A stretch of 55,180 nucleotides of DNA from Collinsella sp. (GTDB taxonomy: Bacteria > Actinomycetota > Coriobacteriia > Coriobacteriales > Coriobacteriaceae). The number at the start of each line of letters is the position of its first letter. The first letter of the stretch is position 1. The translations under genes were made by a program, and so were the position numbers. This document shows positions 18,557 through 29,196 of this stretch, in pieces. The notes under the pieces are model-generated. The model had not been told where the DNA came from and searched no databases. It worked only from the letters and a program-made list of their open reading frames with translations. The DNA is taken from positions 1-55,180 of the forward strand of contig DBEZQF010000064.1 in NCBI GenBank assembly GCA_048254795.1. The letters run 5' to 3'.

Positions 18557-18668
18557 GCGGGTCTGGCCGTTTAGTTCGTCGCGAGTTCCGCACGAGCCGG
18601 AAAGCACTTAATGTGCTTTCCGAGCGAGCCAGGACTGCCCGAGCAGCGAACTAAACGGTCAGACCCGC
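18557..18668. repeat. Long intergenic palindrome between thrC and thrB, possibly a divergent family A member
   Basis: GCGGGTCTGGCCGTTTAGTTCG/CGAACTAAACGGTCAGACCCGC outer stem; internal TTCCGCA...CAGGAC; inner GGAAAGCAC/GTGCTTTCC hairpin. Confidence 0.7.
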
Positions 18669-18682
18669 CAAGGAGGACCCAC

Positions 18683-19564
18683 ATGATCAAAATCACCGTC
18701 CCAGCAACCAGCGCCAACCTAGGCATCGGCTACGACACCCTCGGCATGGCCGTCAGCCTCTACTCGCACTTCACCTTCGAGCGCGCCGACAAGCTCACCA
18801 TCACGGGCTGCGCCGAAGAGTTCCAAAACGAGAACAACCTGGTTTACGTCAGCTTTGTCGATGCGCTGGCCGCATGGGGCGAGCCGGCTTTTCCCGTTGC
18901 CATCGACATTCAGACCGACGTGCCCGTCGCCCGCGGCCTGGGTTCCAGCTCCACCTGCGTCGTCGCCGGCATCATGGCTGCCGCCGCGCTGACAGGCCAC
19001 ACCGTCGACCGCGCCGAACTCGTCCGCATCGCCACCGAGGTCGAGGGCCATCCCGATAACGTCGCCCCCGCCATCCTGGGCGGCGCCGTCTGCTCCTTTA
19101 CGCCGACTGATTCGCTCCCCCAGTGCCTGCGCTATGAGGTGAGCGATCGCTTGCGTTTTATTACCGTGATTCCGCCCTACGAGGTGCATACGAGCGAGGC
19201 CCGCAAGGTTGTGCCACAGGAGATTCCACTCTCCACCGCCGTATGGCAAATGGGCCGCATCGCCGGCATGACGCGCGGCCTGGAGACTGGTGACCTCGAC
19301 CTGATTGCCGCCGCCAACGACGACCGCATCCAGGAGCCCTATCGCCGCCGCCTCATCCCCGACTACAACGCCGTGCGCGACACCTGCCTTAACGGAGGCG
19401 CCAAGACCATCTGGATCAGTGGCTCCGGCTCGACCCTCATGGCCGTGACTGACGACACCATCGTGGCGAAGTTCCTGCAGGTCAAGCTGCGCGAGCAGTT
19501 CCCCAAGTGTGACACGCACATTCTGACGTGCGACACCGAGGGCGCTCAAATCGAGTACCTGTAG
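18683..19564 (+). CDS. thrB: Homoserine kinase
   Basis: AAGGAGG RBS; VPATSANLG.GYD, PVARGLGSS, EGHPDNV and ISGSGST motifs. Confidence 0.96.
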   Translation: MIKITVPATSANLGIGYDTLGMAVSLYSHFTFERADKLTITGCAEEFQNENNLVYVSFVDALAAWGEPAFPVAIDIQTDVPVARGLGSSSTCVVAGIMAAAALTGHTVDRAELVRIATEVEGHPDNVAPAILGGAVCSFTPTDSLPQCLRYEVSDRLRFITVIPPYEVHTSEARKVVPQEIPLSTAVWQMGRIAGMTRGLETGDLDLIAAANDDRIQEPYRRRLIPDYNAVRDTCLNGGAKTIWISGSGSTLMAVTDDTIVAKFLQVKLREQFPKCDTHILTCDTEGAQIEYL

Positions 19565-19587
19565 ACATCCTCCCCATATACCTGTCC

Positions 19588-19718
19588 GGGACGGTCGGGA
19601 TGTTCCCTCAAAATCGTCCTCGCGCATGAAGGCCCCTTGTCCTGCTCCTACGGAGCGACGGACAAGGGGCCTTCGCGCTGCGGAATGATTTTGAGGGAAC
19701 ATCCCGACCGTCCCTGCG
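19588..19718. repeat. Structured palindromic repeat family A, copy 3
   Basis: GGGACGGTCGGGATGTTCCCTCAAAATC stem; CGTCCTCGCGCATG / CTGCGGAATG; apex CTCC-TAC-GGAG (GTA on the minus strand); tail CCTGCG. Confidence 0.85.
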
Positions 19719-19820
19719 CCTACCTTGCTGAGGACGTCTACAGGGACCCACGCTTTGAAGGGGCGCCGAGCTGATAGTTGATTTTTATTGGCAGGGGCTC
19801 TTGCTGGTAAGGAGCACTTG

Positions 19821-20411
19821 CTAGAGGCAGGCCTCGGCGATGCGCTTTTTTAGTTCATCGATGCCGATACCGGTCTGGGAGCTTGTGATGATCACGTTCT
19901 CGGCCGGAACGTTGAGCTGTTTTTTGATGGCTGCTGCCTGGCGGGCCTGCTGGGTGCGGCTGATCTTGTCGGCTTTGGTGAGGCAGACGATAAAGTTGAA
20001 CTCGTTGCCCTGCAGGTAGTCGATCATGTCATGGTCGAGTTTACTGGGGTCGTGGCGAATGTCCACCAGCGACACAACCAGGTTAAAGCTGCGCTCTGAG
20101 TCGAAGAAGTCGCCGATAAGCTCGGCCCAGCGGTCGCGCTCGGCCTTGGAACGACGGGCGAAACCGTAGCCCGGCAGGTCCACAAAGTGCACGTCGTCGG
20201 CCTCGAAGAAATTGATGTTGCTCGTCTTGCCCGGCGTGCTCGAAACCTTGACCAGGTTCTTGCGGCCAAAGAGTTTGTTCATGATAGACGACTTGCCCAC
20301 ATTGGAGCGGCCCACAAAGCTCACCTCGGGACAGGTGGACTCGGGGATCTGCGAAACCTTGCCGTAGCTGGCAACAAACTTGGCAAGCTGATAGTTAATG
20401 GAATCGGCCAT
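19821..20411 (-). CDS. engB: Ribosome biogenesis GTPase YihA/YsxC
   Basis: GRSNVGKSS, SSTPGKT, DLPGYG and TKADK motifs. Confidence 0.96.
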   Translation of the reverse strand: MADSINYQLAKFVASYGKVSQIPESTCPEVSFVGRSNVGKSSIMNKLFGRKNLVKVSSTPGKTSNINFFEADDVHFVDLPGYGFARRSKAERDRWAELIGDFFDSERSFNLVVSLVDIRHDPSKLDHDMIDYLQGNEFNFIVCLTKADKISRTQQARQAAAIKKQLNVPAENVIITSSQTGIGIDELKKRIAEACL

Positions 20412-20450
20412 GGATACTCCTTGGTCGTAGATTTTTACAAAACGGGTGTG

Positions 20451-21191
20451 CTATTGCGCGGCGGCGATACGACGAACGATGTCAAGCGTGATGCCGCTCG
20501 CGGTGCGAGCGTACTCATCCAGATCGAACTCGCGCTCGCAAAACGCGTCATATGCCTCGTCACAATTATCGCTGATAGCGCGCAGCACCAGGCAATCGAC
20601 ACCATTCTTGGCCGCGATGTGCGCAATTGCCGCGCCCTCCATCTCGACGCAATCGGCATGCGTGGCCTCAATCGCAGCGTTACGCATGGCGTCACCCGTA
20701 ACAAAGCGGTCACCCGTGGCGATAGTGCCACACAGGAACTGCTTGGGGTCCTTCTCCGCAGAATTCTCATCCGCCGAGGCATCCACAAATCCATGCTCGG
20801 CAAGCACGGCGGCGGCAACATCAGCCAACGCCGGCGTCGAGACAAACTCCTCGAGTCCCGGCGCCGACTCGGCGATGAGCGCCGTGTCAGTATCGAGATA
20901 GCGCAGGCACTTGCCTATAACCACGTCGTTAATATGGAGCTTAGGGTTTAGGCCACCCGCAATGCCCGAAAACACAACGGCCTGCGGGGCATATTTGCTG
21001 ATGAGATGCTGCGTTGCCGCCGCGGCGTTTACGGTTCCCATGCCAGCGGTCGTAGCAACAACGGACAAACCGTCGAGCTCGCCGTTGACAACGGTCAAGC
21101 CCGCCTCTTGTGCCACACGAGCGCCGTTCAGTTCTTCTTTAATCTGCGCAACCTCTTTTTCGAGTGCACCGATGATTGCGATGGTAGGCAT
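20451..21191 (-). CDS. mtnN: 5'-methylthioadenosine/S-adenosylhomocysteine nucleosidase
   Basis: Start MPTIAIIGALEKE; GMGTVNAA, SGIAGG, GTIATGDRF, VEMEGAA and LRAISD motifs. Confidence 0.92.
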   Translation of the reverse strand: MPTIAIIGALEKEVAQIKEELNGARVAQEAGLTVVNGELDGLSVVATTAGMGTVNAAAATQHLISKYAPQAVVFSGIAGGLNPKLHINDVVIGKCLRYLDTDTALIAESAPGLEEFVSTPALADVAAAVLAEHGFVDASADENSAEKDPKQFLCGTIATGDRFVTGDAMRNAAIEATHADCVEMEGAAIAHIAAKNGVDCLVLRAISDNCDEAYDAFCEREFDLDEYARTASGITLDIVRRIAAAQ

Positions 21192-21313
21192 ACCATCCCC
21201 CAAACCCGTGAAAACTGCTATCCACGGTATGGTACCAGCATTTTGACTCAACCGCGCAATACGAAGTCGCTAGACCACCGCAGCGCGGGTATCGTAGAGG
21301 AGCAAAAGACTTG

Positions 21314-22132
21314 CTAGCCGATGGCGTTTTTTAGCTCCGCGCGGCGCTTTTTCATGCCGGTCATAACGGCATTACGCAACTCGGGCATGCGCGCGGTATC
21401 CATCTGGGGCACGCCCTCGAGCTTATAGGGAATGCCCAGTTGCTCGTACTTGACGACACCCATCGTGTGATACGGCAGCATTTCCAGGCCCACCACGTTG
21501 TGCCATGGAGCGATGAGGCGACCGAGCTTCTCGCACTCCTCCACCGTGTCGGTAATGCCCGGCACCACCACGTGGCGGATAACGACCTTGATCTTGCGAC
21601 GTGCAAGCTCATCGCCAAACGCCAGAATGCGTGCGGGATCGCACCCAGTCAGCTTTTTATGCTCGACCGGGTCGGCATGCTTAATATCGAGCAGTACCAT
21701 GTCGGTCTCGTTGAGCACGGCATCGAACTTCTCGGGATGCGCGGGATCGAACGCATAGCCGCAGCTATCCAAGCAGGTGTGCACACGACCATCGTGGTTA
21801 TTGTGCATGGCGTGGAACAGGTCGGCCAAAAACTCAGGCTGCAGGAGCGGCTCGCCGCCGGACACCGTAATACCACCGCTGCGGTAAAACTCATGGTTAC
21901 TCTGGAACTCGTCCATAAGGTGCTCGACGGTCACCATCGTGCCGCCGTTAACCGACCAGGTATCGGGGTTGTGGCAATACGCACAGCGCATGGGGCAGCC
22001 TTGGACAAACACTACGAAGCGGATGCCGGGTCCGTCGACCGTCCCCATCGTCTCGATTGAATGCACGCGGCCAAGGGCAAACGCAGAGTCCTCGGGACGA
22101 GCGTCCACACCCTCAAGCGTCATTTCTGCCAT
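21314..22132 (-). CDS. pflA: Pyruvate formate-lyase activating enzyme (radical SAM)
   Basis: HSIET.GTVDGPGIRFVVF.QGC, CxxxCxxC (CPMRCAYC)HNPDTW, SGGEPLLQ and LPYH motifs. Confidence 0.95.
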   Translation of the reverse strand: MAEMTLEGVDARPEDSAFALGRVHSIETMGTVDGPGIRFVVFVQGCPMRCAYCHNPDTWSVNGGTMVTVEHLMDEFQSNHEFYRSGGITVSGGEPLLQPEFLADLFHAMHNNHDGRVHTCLDSCGYAFDPAHPEKFDAVLNETDMVLLDIKHADPVEHKKLTGCDPARILAFGDELARRKIKVVIRHVVVPGITDTVEECEKLGRLIAPWHNVVGLEMLPYHTMGVVKYEQLGIPYKLEGVPQMDTARMPELRNAVMTGMKKRRAELKNAIG

Positions 22133-22306
22133 TCGCGCTACCTTGCCTCTCCTTGGATGCAACCAATTAAAATGCCAGAGCCATTCTAGCCCATGTGCTT
22201 GCGTTTAAACGTCTCGGGCTAGAATGGCACGTTTTAATCTATCCCCCATCACCATGGCTGGGGTCTACGTCGAGATGTCAGGCTGAAGAACGCTCGCCTG
22301 CGGCCT

Positions 22307-23161
22307 TTACGCTTTAAGCGTGAGCACCGCACCGAAGGCGGTCGGGCCGCAGTGGCTCGAGATGACGCCGCCGACCTGAGTCCAGGTAATGTCCTTAAAG
22401 CCCAGGTCGTGCGCATAGACTTCCATGTCGTCGCGCAGCTCCTGGGAAAGGCCTACCGAATACGCCAGGCCAATGTGCGAGTAGTCGATCTCGCCCTTCG
22501 CAACCATGTGGTCAATAAAGGCGCGGGCGCACTTGAGCATAGAGCCGCGGAACTTCTTGGTCGCCACGAACTTGCCGCCCGTCACCTCAATGCAGGGCTT
22601 AATCTTGAGCAGATGTGCGCCAAGGAATGCGACGTTGGACAAGCGACCGCCCGCCTTAAGGAAGGCAAGATCGGTAGGAACAAAGCCCAGCAGCACGCGG
22701 TCCATGACGGAGTTCGCGAAGGCGAAGATCTCGTCGACGGTGGCATCGGGGTGAGCCTCGATGTATTTGGCGGTCTCGACGACAACAAGCGACTGGCCCA
22801 CCGAGACAAAACGCGTGTCCATGGAGTAGACGTAGTCGCGACCCTTGGCGGCGATCTTCGATGATTGATGCGAGCAGGTCGTGGCCTCGGAATATGCAAG
22901 ATGCAGAATGGTCGCGTCGGGTTGCTCGGCATGGATGCGGTCGTACACATGCGCAAAATCTGCCGGCGCACAGCCGCTGGTCTTGGGCATCACGCCAAAC
23001 TCGTTGCAGCGCGAATAAATCTCGAGCGGATCGATCGAGCCGTCCTCGACGGTCTCGTCACCAATCGTGACATGCATAGGCACGCGCACGATGCCGTAGC
23101 GCTCGCAGAGCTCTGGCGTCACATCCGAACCAGATTCAACCACGATTATGTACTTGCCCAT
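22307..23161 (-). CDS. DegV/FakB family fatty-acid binding protein
   Basis: IVVESGSD, PKTS, L..GGRLS, LKIKP.I and ISSHCGP motifs. Confidence 0.9.
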   Translation of the reverse strand: MGKYIIVVESGSDVTPELCERYGIVRVPMHVTIGDETVEDGSIDPLEIYSRCNEFGVMPKTSGCAPADFAHVYDRIHAEQPDATILHLAYSEATTCSHQSSKIAAKGRDYVYSMDTRFVSVGQSLVVVETAKYIEAHPDATVDEIFAFANSVMDRVLLGFVPTDLAFLKAGGRLSNVAFLGAHLLKIKPCIEVTGGKFVATKKFRGSMLKCARAFIDHMVAKGEIDYSHIGLAYSVGLSQELRDDMEVYAHDLGFKDITWTQVGGVISSHCGPTAFGAVLTLKA

Positions 23162-23438
23162 TATTATCACGACCCATCTCGACGTTGGCTTTTTAATATG
23201 TGACACACGCCCGCCGTCCTGCTACAGAACGACCCCCAAGCGCCAAAGAGACGCCGCCCTTTGCACATAACAAAGGACAGCGTCTCCCTGGAAAACTCCG
23301 TGCTTATCTGAGATTCTACACGGTTTATTAAGGAGTGTTACTTATTCCGCAAACGGTCACTATATGCGGTAAGCGGTAGTTGGCCGCGACAACTGCGACA
23401 CATTCCGTCCAGCAAATCCAATCGTGCTCCACGCACGG

Positions 23439-24881
23439 TTAATGCACGAGGCGGTAGAAATTCATCGATGCCGCACCCTCGGCGTGCAGCTCCATCGCCG
23501 GAACCGCCGGCGAATAGGTACGGCTCGTAAGTGCCGCCTCGCCGCCATTTGCAAAAATCTCGACCATCGTAGTGTCCGAAAGCGCGCGTAGGTCGCGAAG
23601 CTCGCCGAGCTCAATCGACCTCTGGTCGCGCCCATAGCCTTCGTCACCCATATCGAGGGTAAGCATCCCGTCCGTATAACGCACAAAGACACCCTTGCGG
23701 ATTTCGAGCTCGATCACCTGGGTGCCCTCACAGGAAACCACAAGATCAAACAGGCGGCCCGGCTCCTCAACGGTTTCACCGCCTGTCGCGCGAACGCAGT
23801 CGCCGCGCATCCTCTCAATCTCGTGCGCCGGCTGCTGGCAGAGCTTACCATCGCGCATGCTCAGCTCTCGCGGCACCGTCAACGCGCACTGCCACCCGCG
23901 CGCCACCGTCGGGTTTTCTGCCGTCGCATCGGGGCAACCCGACCATCCGATCATCAAACGCCGGCCTGCAGCATCCTCAAAGGACTGCGGAGCATAGAAA
24001 TCAAAACCGGCATCGACCATCGGGGGCATGCCCTGCCCGACGATTTTAAAGCTCGGCGCCTCCCAATCGGCCTCGATGGGGAACCACACGCACTGATGCG
24101 GATTGCGGTAACGCCAACCATCGGCAGGCACACCCTGCGGGCAGCAAACGAGAATAAGCTCGCCATCAAGCTCAAACAGATCAGGGCACTCCCACATAAA
24201 GCCAAACTTCTCGCCCAGCTCAATGCGCGTCGCATAGCTCCAGACCCCTAAATCACGCGAAGTATAGACAAGCACGCAGCCACGGTCGTCTTTCGTACGA
24301 GCGCCCAGAACCATGTAGTAGATACCATCGTGCTCAAGGATCTTGGGGTCGCGCACGTGTGTACCGATATCGTCGGGGTAATCGACTGGTCCAACAGCCA
24401 TGCGCTTCTCGCCCAATTCGTCGGGATTCTCGGCAACCATATGAATCTGGTTTTGCTCACGGCCCGTCAACACGTAGTCGTAATCATCGCGGTCAAAATG
24501 CTTGACGTTGCCGGTATAGAAGTAGTGAATCTTGCCATCACGTACAAAGGCAGAACCAGAATACGCTCCGCTCGAATCCAAATCGGAATCGGGGAACAGC
24601 ACGGGGCCGTGATTCTCGTACGTCACAAAATCCTTTGTCGTCAGATGGTTCCAAAGCACTGGACCGCCATGCGCAGCATCGAACGGATCGTATTGATGAT
24701 AGATGTGATACGTATCACCAATCTGAACCAAACCGTTGGGGTCGTTGAGCCAGCCAAGCTCAGGCTCCACATGGAACAGAAGCCTATCGGGGTCGGACGC
24801 GATGCGAGCCGCCGTCTCATCCTGTCCGACACGCCACTGCTCATAGTCCGCGCGTGTCACCTTGTTTTTTTGATTTAACAT
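23439..24881 (-). CDS. scrB: GH32 sucrose-6-phosphate hydrolase / beta-fructofuranosidase
   Basis: WLNDPNG, YSGSA, RDP, WECPD and GFDFYAPQ motifs; adjacent to a sucrose-type PTS. Confidence 0.9.
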   Translation of the reverse strand: MLNQKNKVTRADYEQWRVGQDETAARIASDPDRLLFHVEPELGWLNDPNGLVQIGDTYHIYHQYDPFDAAHGGPVLWNHLTTKDFVTYENHGPVLFPDSDLDSSGAYSGSAFVRDGKIHYFYTGNVKHFDRDDYDYVLTGREQNQIHMVAENPDELGEKRMAVGPVDYPDDIGTHVRDPKILEHDGIYYMVLGARTKDDRGCVLVYTSRDLGVWSYATRIELGEKFGFMWECPDLFELDGELILVCCPQGVPADGWRYRNPHQCVWFPIEADWEAPSFKIVGQGMPPMVDAGFDFYAPQSFEDAAGRRLMIGWSGCPDATAENPTVARGWQCALTVPRELSMRDGKLCQQPAHEIERMRGDCVRATGGETVEEPGRLFDLVVSCEGTQVIELEIRKGVFVRYTDGMLTLDMGDEGYGRDQRSIELGELRDLRALSDTTMVEIFANGGEAALTSRTYSPAVPAMELHAEGAASMNFYRLVH

Positions 24882-24982
24882 CGCCGTTGACTTTCTCGTC
24901 TATGGGGAAGGACGCTCGACTCACACGAGTCGAACGCCCTTCCTCAAATGGACTTATCCTCAGATTACACTGAACGGCTCAA

Positions 24983-26434
24983 CTAGAAGCTAACGTCGAA
25001 GCCAGCGCCAGCGCCCTCTTCATCGGTGGTCGGCACGCCCTTTGCCTTGTTGTAGGCAAAGATCAAGACGATCGGCACGATAAAGGCGATGAGATTGCCA
25101 GCCACATACCACACGAGGGTCTCGGGCGTGACGATGAGCAGGCCAAGCACGCCGGTCAGACCCTGACCGATAGCGCGCACCTCAAAGAGCTTGACGAAGG
25201 CACCGCCGCAGCCTGCACCGATGCATGCGCAGATGAACGGAATGATCGAATAGCGCATGTTTGCAGCAAAGATAGCGGGCTCGGAGATTCCGACCAGCGT
25301 CGGGATAAAGGACGACATGCAGATGTTGCGCTCTTTGGAGTGCTTCTTGTGAATGAGGTACATACCGATGGCGCCGCCGCCCTGGGCGATGATGGAAACC
25401 GACCAGATGGCCTGGATGTAGTTGAAGCCAGTCGTGGCAACAAGGTTTGCCTCGATACCCTGGATGAACTGATGCGTACCGGTAACGACGAGCGGCTGCA
25501 GGAACGCGGCGAAGACAAAGGCACCAAAGACGCCCATCCTGTTGTACAGGATATCGATTACGCCGGCGAGGACGTCACCGATCAGGTTGCCGAGCGGGCC
25601 GAACACGGTGAACAGGGCGACGTTAGCAAGAATCAGGGTAACGGTCGGGACAAAGACGAACGAAACGACCTCGGGGATGTACTTCTGGGCAATCTTTTCG
25701 ACCTTGGCCATAAACCAGGCAGTCAGGATTGCAGGGAATACGCCGCCCTGGAAAGCAACCATGGGAATGGATAGCGGACCAAAGTTCCAATACTCAGCAC
25801 CCGTCGGGTCCATAACGAACGTGTTGCGGTTCATAAGGCTCGGGTGAACCATGACGATACCGACGAGGATGCCCAGGATCGGGTTACCGCCAAAACGCTT
25901 GACCGCGCTGTACATAACCAGGACAGGCAGGTAGTCGAACGTGGTGGCGATAATGGCAAAGAAGCTTGCGAGGTTCTTGAGGAACTCGCTGTGATCGGCG
26001 AGGCTGCCTTCCATGCCAAAGAGGCCGTTGGCAACGATCAGCGACTTAAGGCCGATGATGATTGCAGCGCCGACGAAGGCGGGAATGATGGGGATAAAGA
26101 TGTCCGAGAATACCTTGAGGACCGAGAAGAACTTGCCCTTCTTGTCCGCCTCAGCGCCCTTGACCTCGGAAGCACTGATCTCCTTAACGCCCGTCAGAGC
26201 CATAAACTCATCGTAAACCTTGTTGACGGTACCGGTACCGAAGATGATCATGAGCTGGCCGCTGTTGTACAGCACGCCCTTGACGCCATCGATGTTCTCG
26301 AGCTCGGCCTTGTTGTATTTGCTCGTATCCTTGAGCACCAGACGCAGACGGGTCACGCAATGCGTGGCGCCCTCGATGTTCTCCAGTCCGCCGACGTTGT
26401 CGACGACTTGCTGGGACACTGCCTTGTAGTCCAT
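24983..26434 (-). CDS. scrA: PTS EIIBC, sucrose/trehalose/beta-glucoside type
   Basis: EIIB motif HCVTRLRL; EIIC motifs LVVTGTHQ and GISEPAIF; start MDYK after GGAGAGG. No EIIA domain. Confidence 0.85.
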   Translation of the reverse strand: MDYKAVSQQVVDNVGGLENIEGATHCVTRLRLVLKDTSKYNKAELENIDGVKGVLYNSGQLMIIFGTGTVNKVYDEFMALTGVKEISASEVKGAEADKKGKFFSVLKVFSDIFIPIIPAFVGAAIIIGLKSLIVANGLFGMEGSLADHSEFLKNLASFFAIIATTFDYLPVLVMYSAVKRFGGNPILGILVGIVMVHPSLMNRNTFVMDPTGAEYWNFGPLSIPMVAFQGGVFPAILTAWFMAKVEKIAQKYIPEVVSFVFVPTVTLILANVALFTVFGPLGNLIGDVLAGVIDILYNRMGVFGAFVFAAFLQPLVVTGTHQFIQGIEANLVATTGFNYIQAIWSVSIIAQGGGAIGMYLIHKKHSKERNICMSSFIPTLVGISEPAIFAANMRYSIIPFICACIGAGCGGAFVKLFEVRAIGQGLTGVLGLLIVTPETLVWYVAGNLIAFIVPIVLIFAYNKAKGVPTTDEEGAGAGFDVSF

Positions 26435-26479
26435 GTTCCTCTCCATTCCTTTTCTAAATCATAAAACGGTTCGTTGCCG

Positions 26480-27862
26480 CTACAGAGACGCGATCGTTGC
26501 GTTTGCGCACTTGAGCGCACCGTCGGTGACGGTAAGCGCCACACCCTGGCCCTGCTTGTTGCAGAAGCGAGCGTTGAGCGCAACATCATCGACAAAGATG
26601 GTCGCGATGTCGTCGTCGACGACCAGACGCACATGGTGAGTGCCCTCGCCCTTAAAGAACAACGGACGCTCGAGGCCCATGTTGTTGACCTGGAACCACG
26701 GGTACTGGGGAGCCGGCGTGAACTCGAGCTTGCCCTCGCGCAGGTTGGCGCGGAACTCATAGGCAAGACCGGTCTCGGCGTCCTCGGCGAACTTGACCGA
26801 GAAGCCGGCAGCGTTACCGCCGAGCTCAATGTCGGCATCGAGCAAGTAGGTGGAGCCGGCATCCGCGGCGAGCACCTGCTCGACCTTGCCCGACTCGCAG
26901 GAAAGCTCAAAGGTCTCGACTGCCTTAGCCTCGCCAAAGGCGCCAAGCATGCTGTCGGGGAGCTTGGTGCCGAGCGTTCCGTCGGCACGCTGAACGATCT
27001 CGAGGGGCATAAAGGTGCCACCCCATAGGTAAGAGCTGGGGTCGCCGCCCTCGTCACGCGTAGGAACCCAACCAAAGAGAACGCGACGCTCGCCATCGAA
27101 TGCGGTGCGAGCGGCGTAGTACGCGCGGCCGTCGAAGGAGTCGTCAGCGGGGGTAATCCAAGGACCGTTGATGGACTTGGACATGCGGTAACGGGTCTTG
27201 TTGCCGTCGCTGTACTCGGAAAAGACGAGGTACCACCAGTCGCCCATCTTAAAGAGATCAGGCATCTCAAACATGGTGTACAGGCCCGGGTTCCACCAGT
27301 CGCCCTGGAACTCCCAGTTGGTCAGATCCTTGGAGGTGAACTTGACCAGGCGGCCGGTCATCAGACGCTTGTCCTCGCCCACACGCGTGCCGAGGATGAG
27401 CATGTACTCTTCGTTCTCCTCATCCCAAAGCACAAAGGGATCGCGCCAGTTGCGGTCATCGTAACCCTCCTGGGGCGGAAGCAGCGTCTCGGCGATGTTC
27501 TTCTCCCACTTGACGGCGTCGTCGCTCGTTGCGTGAAGAAGAACCTGCTTCATCAAACGTGCGCGGACCTTATCGCGATTGCAACCAGTGTAGAGCGCAT
27601 GGTACTTGTCGCCCACCTTAAACACCGTGCCGGCATAAATGTACTGGTCGACTTCCTCGTCGCCGCCGCGCTCAAGGCTCTCGCCAAAGTCCTTGTAGTT
27701 GACGAAATCCTTGGTCGTAGCGAGTGCCCAGCCAAACGGCTCTCCGAAAGGTTCGGGGTTACGCGTGTCACGCTGATGATAGAGATAGAACGTGCCGTCC
27801 TCGCCGTACGGCATGATGTCGCCTACCCAAATTCCCTCAGGCTGGTAATACACCTTGTGCAT
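26480..27862 (-). CDS. Second, atypical GH32-like glycoside hydrolase
   Basis: WVGDIMP in place of WMNDPN; YAGTV, WRDP, FEMPD and YYAART motifs; C-terminal beta-sandwich-like region. Confidence 0.8.
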   Translation of the reverse strand: MHKVYYQPEGIWVGDIMPYGEDGTFYLYHQRDTRNPEPFGEPFGWALATTKDFVNYKDFGESLERGGDEEVDQYIYAGTVFKVGDKYHALYTGCNRDKVRARLMKQVLLHATSDDAVKWEKNIAETLLPPQEGYDDRNWRDPFVLWDEENEEYMLILGTRVGEDKRLMTGRLVKFTSKDLTNWEFQGDWWNPGLYTMFEMPDLFKMGDWWYLVFSEYSDGNKTRYRMSKSINGPWITPADDSFDGRAYYAARTAFDGERRVLFGWVPTRDEGGDPSSYLWGGTFMPLEIVQRADGTLGTKLPDSMLGAFGEAKAVETFELSCESGKVEQVLAADAGSTYLLDADIELGGNAAGFSVKFAEDAETGLAYEFRANLREGKLEFTPAPQYPWFQVNNMGLERPLFFKGEGTHHVRLVVDDDIATIFVDDVALNARFCNKQGQGVALTVTDGALKCANATIASL

Positions 27863-27904
27863 CCGAGACTTCCTTTCCACGACATACTAACTCGGTACAA
27901 TGGC

Positions 27905-27990
27905 AAGATATGTCAATCGTTTTCATATGTCAAACGTTTTCACACCAATACGTCTTTTCGCAGTTCCAGTCGTCGGCAAACGGTTGACAT
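27905..27990 (-). promoter_or_regulatory. Promoter overlapped by LacI-family operators
   Basis: Minus strand TTGACA (27933-27928), 17 bp, then TATCTT. Operator-like TGTCAATCGTTTTCA (27911), TGTCAAACGTTTTCA (27928) and GGCAAACGGTTGACA (27975); a similar TGTCATACGTTTACA lies at 29077 before the repressor gene. Confidence 0.7.
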
Positions 27991-28045
27991 ATGCCGGTGA
28001 ACGGTCATCAGAGGCGTTTGAGGAATTCTTTTGGCACGGGATGAA

Positions 28046-29056
28046 CTACGCGGTTTTGCCCTCAATGAGTTCAACGGGGAGCTTGATATTCGATTCGGGA
28101 TTATCGCCGTTAATAAGAGCGATGATGGATTGCGCCGCGAGCTCTCCGATGCGATCGATATCTTGACGTACGGTTGTTAAGTCAGGCATAAACGTCATAG
28201 TTCGGCGGGCACCATCCGCGCCCACGACCTTAATATCGTCTGGAGCGCTCAAGCCGCGCTGCTTCATCACGTTGAGACAGATGGCCGCCATCGTATCGTC
28301 TCCCGCAAAGATGCCGTCAATATCGGGGTTCTCATCGAGGATCTTCGCAACGACCGCGCCCTTTTCGTCGTCGGGCTTAACGAACTCAACCTCACGGACA
28401 AGCGCGGACAAACCGGCCTGCTCAACAACATCGAGGTAGGCATCGGTACGCTTATTGGCAGGCATGCGCATGCGGCTATTGCTGCGCAGGCACAGGATAC
28501 GCCTGCAGCCGTCATCAATCAGACGGCGCGTGGCGAGCTCGCCAATGCCATAGCTGTCACTTGCAATCTGGACAGAGCCCTCGCCAAGATCGCAGTCGAT
28601 GCCAACCAGGCTCAAGCCCATCTCGGCATATGCCTCGGCACCGATATTGAGGGAGTTGACGATGACGCCGTCGACCATATTGCGGCGGAGCATGTCAATA
28701 TAGGAACGCTCAAGATCGGGTCGATTGGCGCTGTTGCACAGCAACATCTTAAAGCCGTTTTCCGCTAACGTGCGCTCGACCGCCTGCACAACCTGAGCAT
28801 GGAACGGGCTGCTCACAAAGGGAACGATCATACCGATAAGATTCAGGCGACCGTTGAGCATGGCACGGGCGATATCGTTGGGCGTATAGTTGATGCGCTC
28901 CATCGCCGCATGGACTTTATCGCGGGTTTCCTGGCTAATGTAGCCGCGATTATTAAGCACGCGAGATACCGTAGTAGGCGAAACCCCCGCCACCGCTGCA
29001 ACTTCCTTGATGCCAGGCTTAGCCGTATCCTTAGAACGGGCACTCTCGTGAGCCAT
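28046..29056 (-). CDS. LacI-family repressor (ScrR-like)
   Basis: HTH GIKEVAAVAGVSPTTVSRVLN, YTPN..AR, C-terminal sugar-binding domain; located in the sucrose cluster. Confidence 0.92.
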   Translation of the reverse strand: MAHESARSKDTAKPGIKEVAAVAGVSPTTVSRVLNNRGYISQETRDKVHAAMERINYTPNDIARAMLNGRLNLIGMIVPFVSSPFHAQVVQAVERTLAENGFKMLLCNSANRPDLERSYIDMLRRNMVDGVIVNSLNIGAEAYAEMGLSLVGIDCDLGEGSVQIASDSYGIGELATRRLIDDGCRRILCLRSNSRMRMPANKRTDAYLDVVEQAGLSALVREVEFVKPDDEKGAVVAKILDENPDIDGIFAGDDTMAAICLNVMKQRGLSAPDDIKVVGADGARRTMTFMPDLTTVRQDIDRIGELAAQSIIALINGDNPESNIKLPVELIEGKTA

Positions 29057-29196
29057 AGCACCCTCCCCCATCAACATGTCATACGTTTACATACGAACAA
29101 AGCATACCCCAACAACAGCGGGAAGACGGTAACAGCACAAGTAAGTAAACGACTCATCCAAATAATTAGGAGAGTTCCGCCTAAAGGGTGACTACA

